A DNA stretch of 64,000 nucleotides, from positions 744,001-808,000 of the forward strand of contig JBHGNT010000010.1 of NCBI GenBank assembly GCA_043228905.1, in the 5' to 3' direction. A program made the position numbers and the translations under genes. The notes beneath the pieces were generated by a model. That model searched no databases and was not told the origin of the DNA. It saw nothing but the letters and a program-made list of their open reading frames with translations. The stretch is from Azolla caroliniana. Taxonomy: Eukaryota; Plantae; Polypodiophyta. Shown piece by piece: positions 59,639-64,000 of this stretch (the stretch's first letter is position 1; each line of letters starts with the position of its first letter).

Positions 59639-62600
59639 GGGGGGAACAGAAAGAAGTTGACATGCCAAACATTTTTGCAAAACTATACAGAAATAAATCC
59701 ATACATATATTTAATATGTTGTATGATGTTTGTAACATACAGGAGAAATGTGTTATCATGATCCACATATGAAGTATACACAAGAGTTAGCCATTTCATG
59801 CATTGCAGTTTTGACAATAATGTGACAGACTCCATGTTTGGTTTACTGTTTTGTATCATCACTAGAACATGAGTGCATGTAATGAGTTATAGAGTGGAAC
59901 TATGTAAAGACATATTCATACCAATAAGTTTGTCATTAAACGGTGGACTCTTGACAAAACATCTTTAGATAATAGCTGAAGAAACTGTAAATTTTCTTGC
60001 ACAACTGTGCATATTTTCGAGTTTAGGGGTCGGGGATATCGTTTGCAATGATTCTGATGGGATTTACTCTTTTTCAAAGTGGATGATATCTTGCTTTTAA
60101 CAAGCTATGCATCCAGGAATAAAGGATGATAACTTGGGCAATTTAGTCAATGACCAAAAATATTTTGTAACCTCTAGTGCTTCGTCAATCCTTCGTATAA
60201 ATACATTTTTAATGATGTCAAATAATACCCCAATTGAGGTATAATCGTAATATTCTGAAGTGAAACTGTTTGTCAATGATGTTGTACAGCTTTTAAACAT
60301 ATATCAGGTAAGGAATTGTATCATGCTTTTGTACATGTTCCCTGAGGGTCTCATTTTTCAAGCCTAAGGCTTTGTACTAGCTATGATTTCAACATTTTGG
60401 TCCTATACAGTATTTGATGTTTGATGTTGATGTCATGTTTCTCAGAAATTCAGCTATAAAACAACCTGACCACAACCCTAACGAAAAGTATCAGAAAACC
60501 TGAATATCATTGGCTTGAAATCAAAACATCTTCCCTCTCCATGAGGTGTTTATGATATATATCTTGTGCTTGTATTTAGCCTTTTGATAAGTATCTCAAA
60601 TTATAAGTGTTTTATAGACACACGCCACTCTTCTCCTACGTGCGAGTGCGTGCCCAAACTCTTACTTAAGAAGTAAGACTAATTCCAAGAGACAAAGATG
60701 TAGAATAAATACACTTTATTACTTGATATGATTATGCAGCTTGACTACAAACACTCTTCTATCGACGACTTAAAACCTCCCAATCACCCCTCTCCTATCA
60801 CTCTCACTCACTCATAGTTGCTATCATTTTTTCTTTTTGTCATCATCTGGTTCTGTCTTTTCCATCTTTTCATCTTGCTTGTTTTGGTCTCGCTTTTTTG
60901 GTATCAAGACTATCCACACATGGAAACTAAATGCACACCGGTTAGAATCTGTAACTTTTATGTAGAGATTATAAATCATGAATTTTGTTCTATTTACATT
61001 GTCATCAACATGTGGTGATGATGGGCAAAGAAAACATGTTAACCAATTATGCGCACTCCAAAATGGGGTGAGTTTCCAATCTATGAAACTATCCATGACA
61101 TGCCCATGAATATATATACTCTTTGATTCCAAGTGGAATCATGATTTTCCTAATCATACAATTTCAGTGGGAGATTGTGCTTACATCAAATGAGCATTAG
61201 TACCATTACACTCGATGTCTAAATGTGCTTTGTATTAATCATACATTGTGGAATCCTTCACTCACCCATGAACAAGTACATCCTCTCATTCTGGGTTCAA
61301 CCATATCCATATAAGTTAAGTGTATATATATTTGGCAAATAAGGGAGCACAATGCATTCAAGTTTTTGTTTTGGAGTCAAAAGTATTAAATGACCTTAAA
61401 CCATGTTTATATTCATTATAAATCTTAGATATACAAAATCAATTCATCATTAAAAATGTGGGTATGGAACTCTCGTATTTATAATAATCAAGGAACTCTT
61501 TCTTTTGCTTTTTCTTTGGTGAAATAACAAACCCATGCTTTTGAGGAGGCGGGATGCAATGTCCTGACTCCTAACTCATGTCATGTTTTGTCCTTTGGTT
61601 TAATTATCACCATAAAAGATAAAGATAGGCCAGTTTTTTATTATTATTATGAAAAGAGAAATATTTTCCAGTCATCTACATATTGTATTTGAGCAATTCT
61701 CCCCTTGTTTCGAACTTATATGAGCTATTCAATCAGTACAAATGAAATGATTACACAAACATCCATTTAATATAAATTACTTAATTACATAAGAAGAATG
61801 TGCATGTCTATGTTATAACTTATAACGTATATTGTTTTGCAATAGAGTAATGTGAGATTAATTTATGTTGTGATCAACGTTAATGTGGCAAGTGTTATAG
61901 TAATTCAGACGAGTTTTGATTTCTATAAAAGATTCAATTGGAGAGAACAAGAATTTCAAAAAATTCAAAATTGTCTAATGAAGAGTTCCATGATGATGTA
62001 GTTTAGATGAATTCTTTATTACGAGGACGGGACGGGTTCGTGGACTGTGGTGAGTTTGTTACTGATTTGGATAGGTCAATGTGGATGACTACTATATATA
62101 CAGTGTGAAGATTGGCTTGGATGCTGTAGAGGGTCATGAATGTACAAGTCACATAGATATGGTCATAAATGTATTATAATTTATATGTATACGAGGCACA
62201 AGAGCATGGCGTGAACAGGGCAAGTGACAGGTGAAGAAGGTGAGGGGGGCAGAGGTTTAAAAAAGCTTGCTTGTGAAGGAGGGAAGGGAACAACAACTAG
62301 CTGAAGAGAGAGAAGGTTGATTACAATACATATACTCTTCTCACTTCACCATATGTGCATTGTGTAGAGGGAAGAGAACAAGAAAGAAAGTAGTTTGGAC
62401 AGTCTTTGCTCAGGAAATCGTGAACAAGAAGAAGTACATACATACATAAACATAAATAAAACAGAAGCGTCGGTCCAACCAACCAAACATGTATGTATGT
62501 ATCTCAAACCGATCCATCCGGCGGCGTGCGAAGCGACTGCTCTAAAACCACCACCCGCTAGAAGAAAGAAAATATACACACACACACATACATACATACG

Positions 62601-63053
62601 TCATACATGCATGCATACATACATACATACATACATACATAAAAATGTGGCGGGCCATTCATCAGGCATGGCATGGTTTATGAGTGTATGTAATTATTTG
62701 TTTGTATGTACATACATACTTTGGACGGATGTACGTAACTTACTCACTTTACATACATACATATATACATACATCTTCTCTCTACACCGTCGCCGGTGGG
62801 TTGGTGACACGACACTCTCACTCCGGCTGGCGGGAAAAGAAAAGGGGTGTTCGAACACCCCCAAAACAAAAGAAAGAAACACAGAAAAATTAAATATGTA
62901 AAAAAGCTCTCTCTCACTTGACCGTTTCTTTTTTTTTTTGCCACTACTAGTAACTACAAAAATACTATTCCTCAGGCAGGCAGGCAGCCCAAGTCAAATC
63001 TCCCCTCCTCCTCGGTTTACGGTCCCGCGTCTCACCTTTTGAATTTCAAATAC

Positions 63054-63109
<56 letters not shown>

Positions 63110-63627
63110 CCATCGTCTTCTTCTTCTTCTTCTTCTTCTCCCACTGTCAGTCCCCATACATTTGGTACCTCCCTCCTTCCATCCCTACCTTCTCCTTCTG
63201 CAGCTTCAGCTCCGTTTCCCAGTTTTCCTTTGGACGTCACGGATCCCTTCTTCCATCTCTGTAAGGTCGCTCTCCGTTTTCTTCGTTTGTTGTCTGTGTT
63301 GTAGAGCATCTCCCGTTATCAGAATCCGTCTGTTGTCTTCAGATGTAACCATGTGGAAATCATTCTTATATAGGTCTCGGAGATCATAATCTCGGTGCGG
63401 AAATCTGCCATATCAGTAAGGCGATTCACCGTCACGTAATCTACAGTTCCGCCTTCCCGTTACATCTAAGTATCTTTTCTATCTTGTGCTTGATGCCGCC
63501 TACGTCCCCGAACATAACAATTCAGTAAATATACATTCAGAACTTAGGGGATCAACATCTCCGGGAGAACCAAAAGACCTCGATTAGGCATTTCTTTCTT
63601 CACACTTTAACAACGAACTAAGCGTTC

Positions 63628-63955
63628 ATGGACACCACTTGTAGCTCGTTGCTGCGTGAATTACAGGTGTGCATATCTCTCGTTCGTTTTCCTTGATATT
63701 GTTTTGACTATCTTATTTTTGTTATGTATGCCTTATTTGCTTACGTTTCAGCACATATGGGATGAAGTGGGAGAGAGTGATGCCGAAAGAGACAAAATGC
63801 TTCTCCAGCTTGAGCAAGAATGCCTGGAAGTATATCGCAGAAAGGTTGATCAAGCAAACCATGGAAGGTCTAGACTCCATCAAGCCATTGCTGAAACTGA
63901 GTCAGAACTAGCTTCTCTGATCGAAGCATTAGGAGATCGTGATTCTGTAACCAGG
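63628..63955 (+). CDS. MAP65: 65-kDa microtubule-associated protein, first two coding exons (63628..63666, 63752..63955); continues beyond the window
   Basis: MDTTCSSLLRELQ|HIWDEVGESDAERDKMLLQLEQECLEVYRRKVDQAN is the diagnostic MAP65 N-terminus; GT..AG junctions. Confidence 0.93.
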
Positions 63956-64000
63956 GTAAGACATGCCTACCGTATGAGCGTTAAATTTTGTATGATTTGA

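Overview
Eukaryotic land-plant nuclear DNA. It is probably a fern, inferred from the PLS-class PPR style, short introns and TE content; this is not proven. Host genes are the 3' end of eIF3c, PGR5 (minus) head-to-head with PsaL (plus), a 3-exon CHX cation/H+ antiporter, a PLS-E PPR gene and the first exons of MAP65. Positions 16.6-38.8 kb hold a four-level nest of LTR retrotransposons: Copia A contains Gypsy C, which contains gag-only D, which contains intact Copia E. The nest also has two solo LTRs, a gap-truncated Copia and a 100-N gap. Positions 39.3-57 kb hold about six 5'-truncated L1-like LINE insertions sharing a 3' tail. Three of these carry different captured PPR fragments (one also an ECM29 fragment) directly in front of the tail and inside target-site duplications, which suggests a LINE that retroposes PPR motifs. 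One of these LINEs has a twin-priming 5' inversion and hosts a compact Gypsy with a G_GGA_AAC -1 frameshift and identical LTRs despite five premature stops. All alignments were done by eye.
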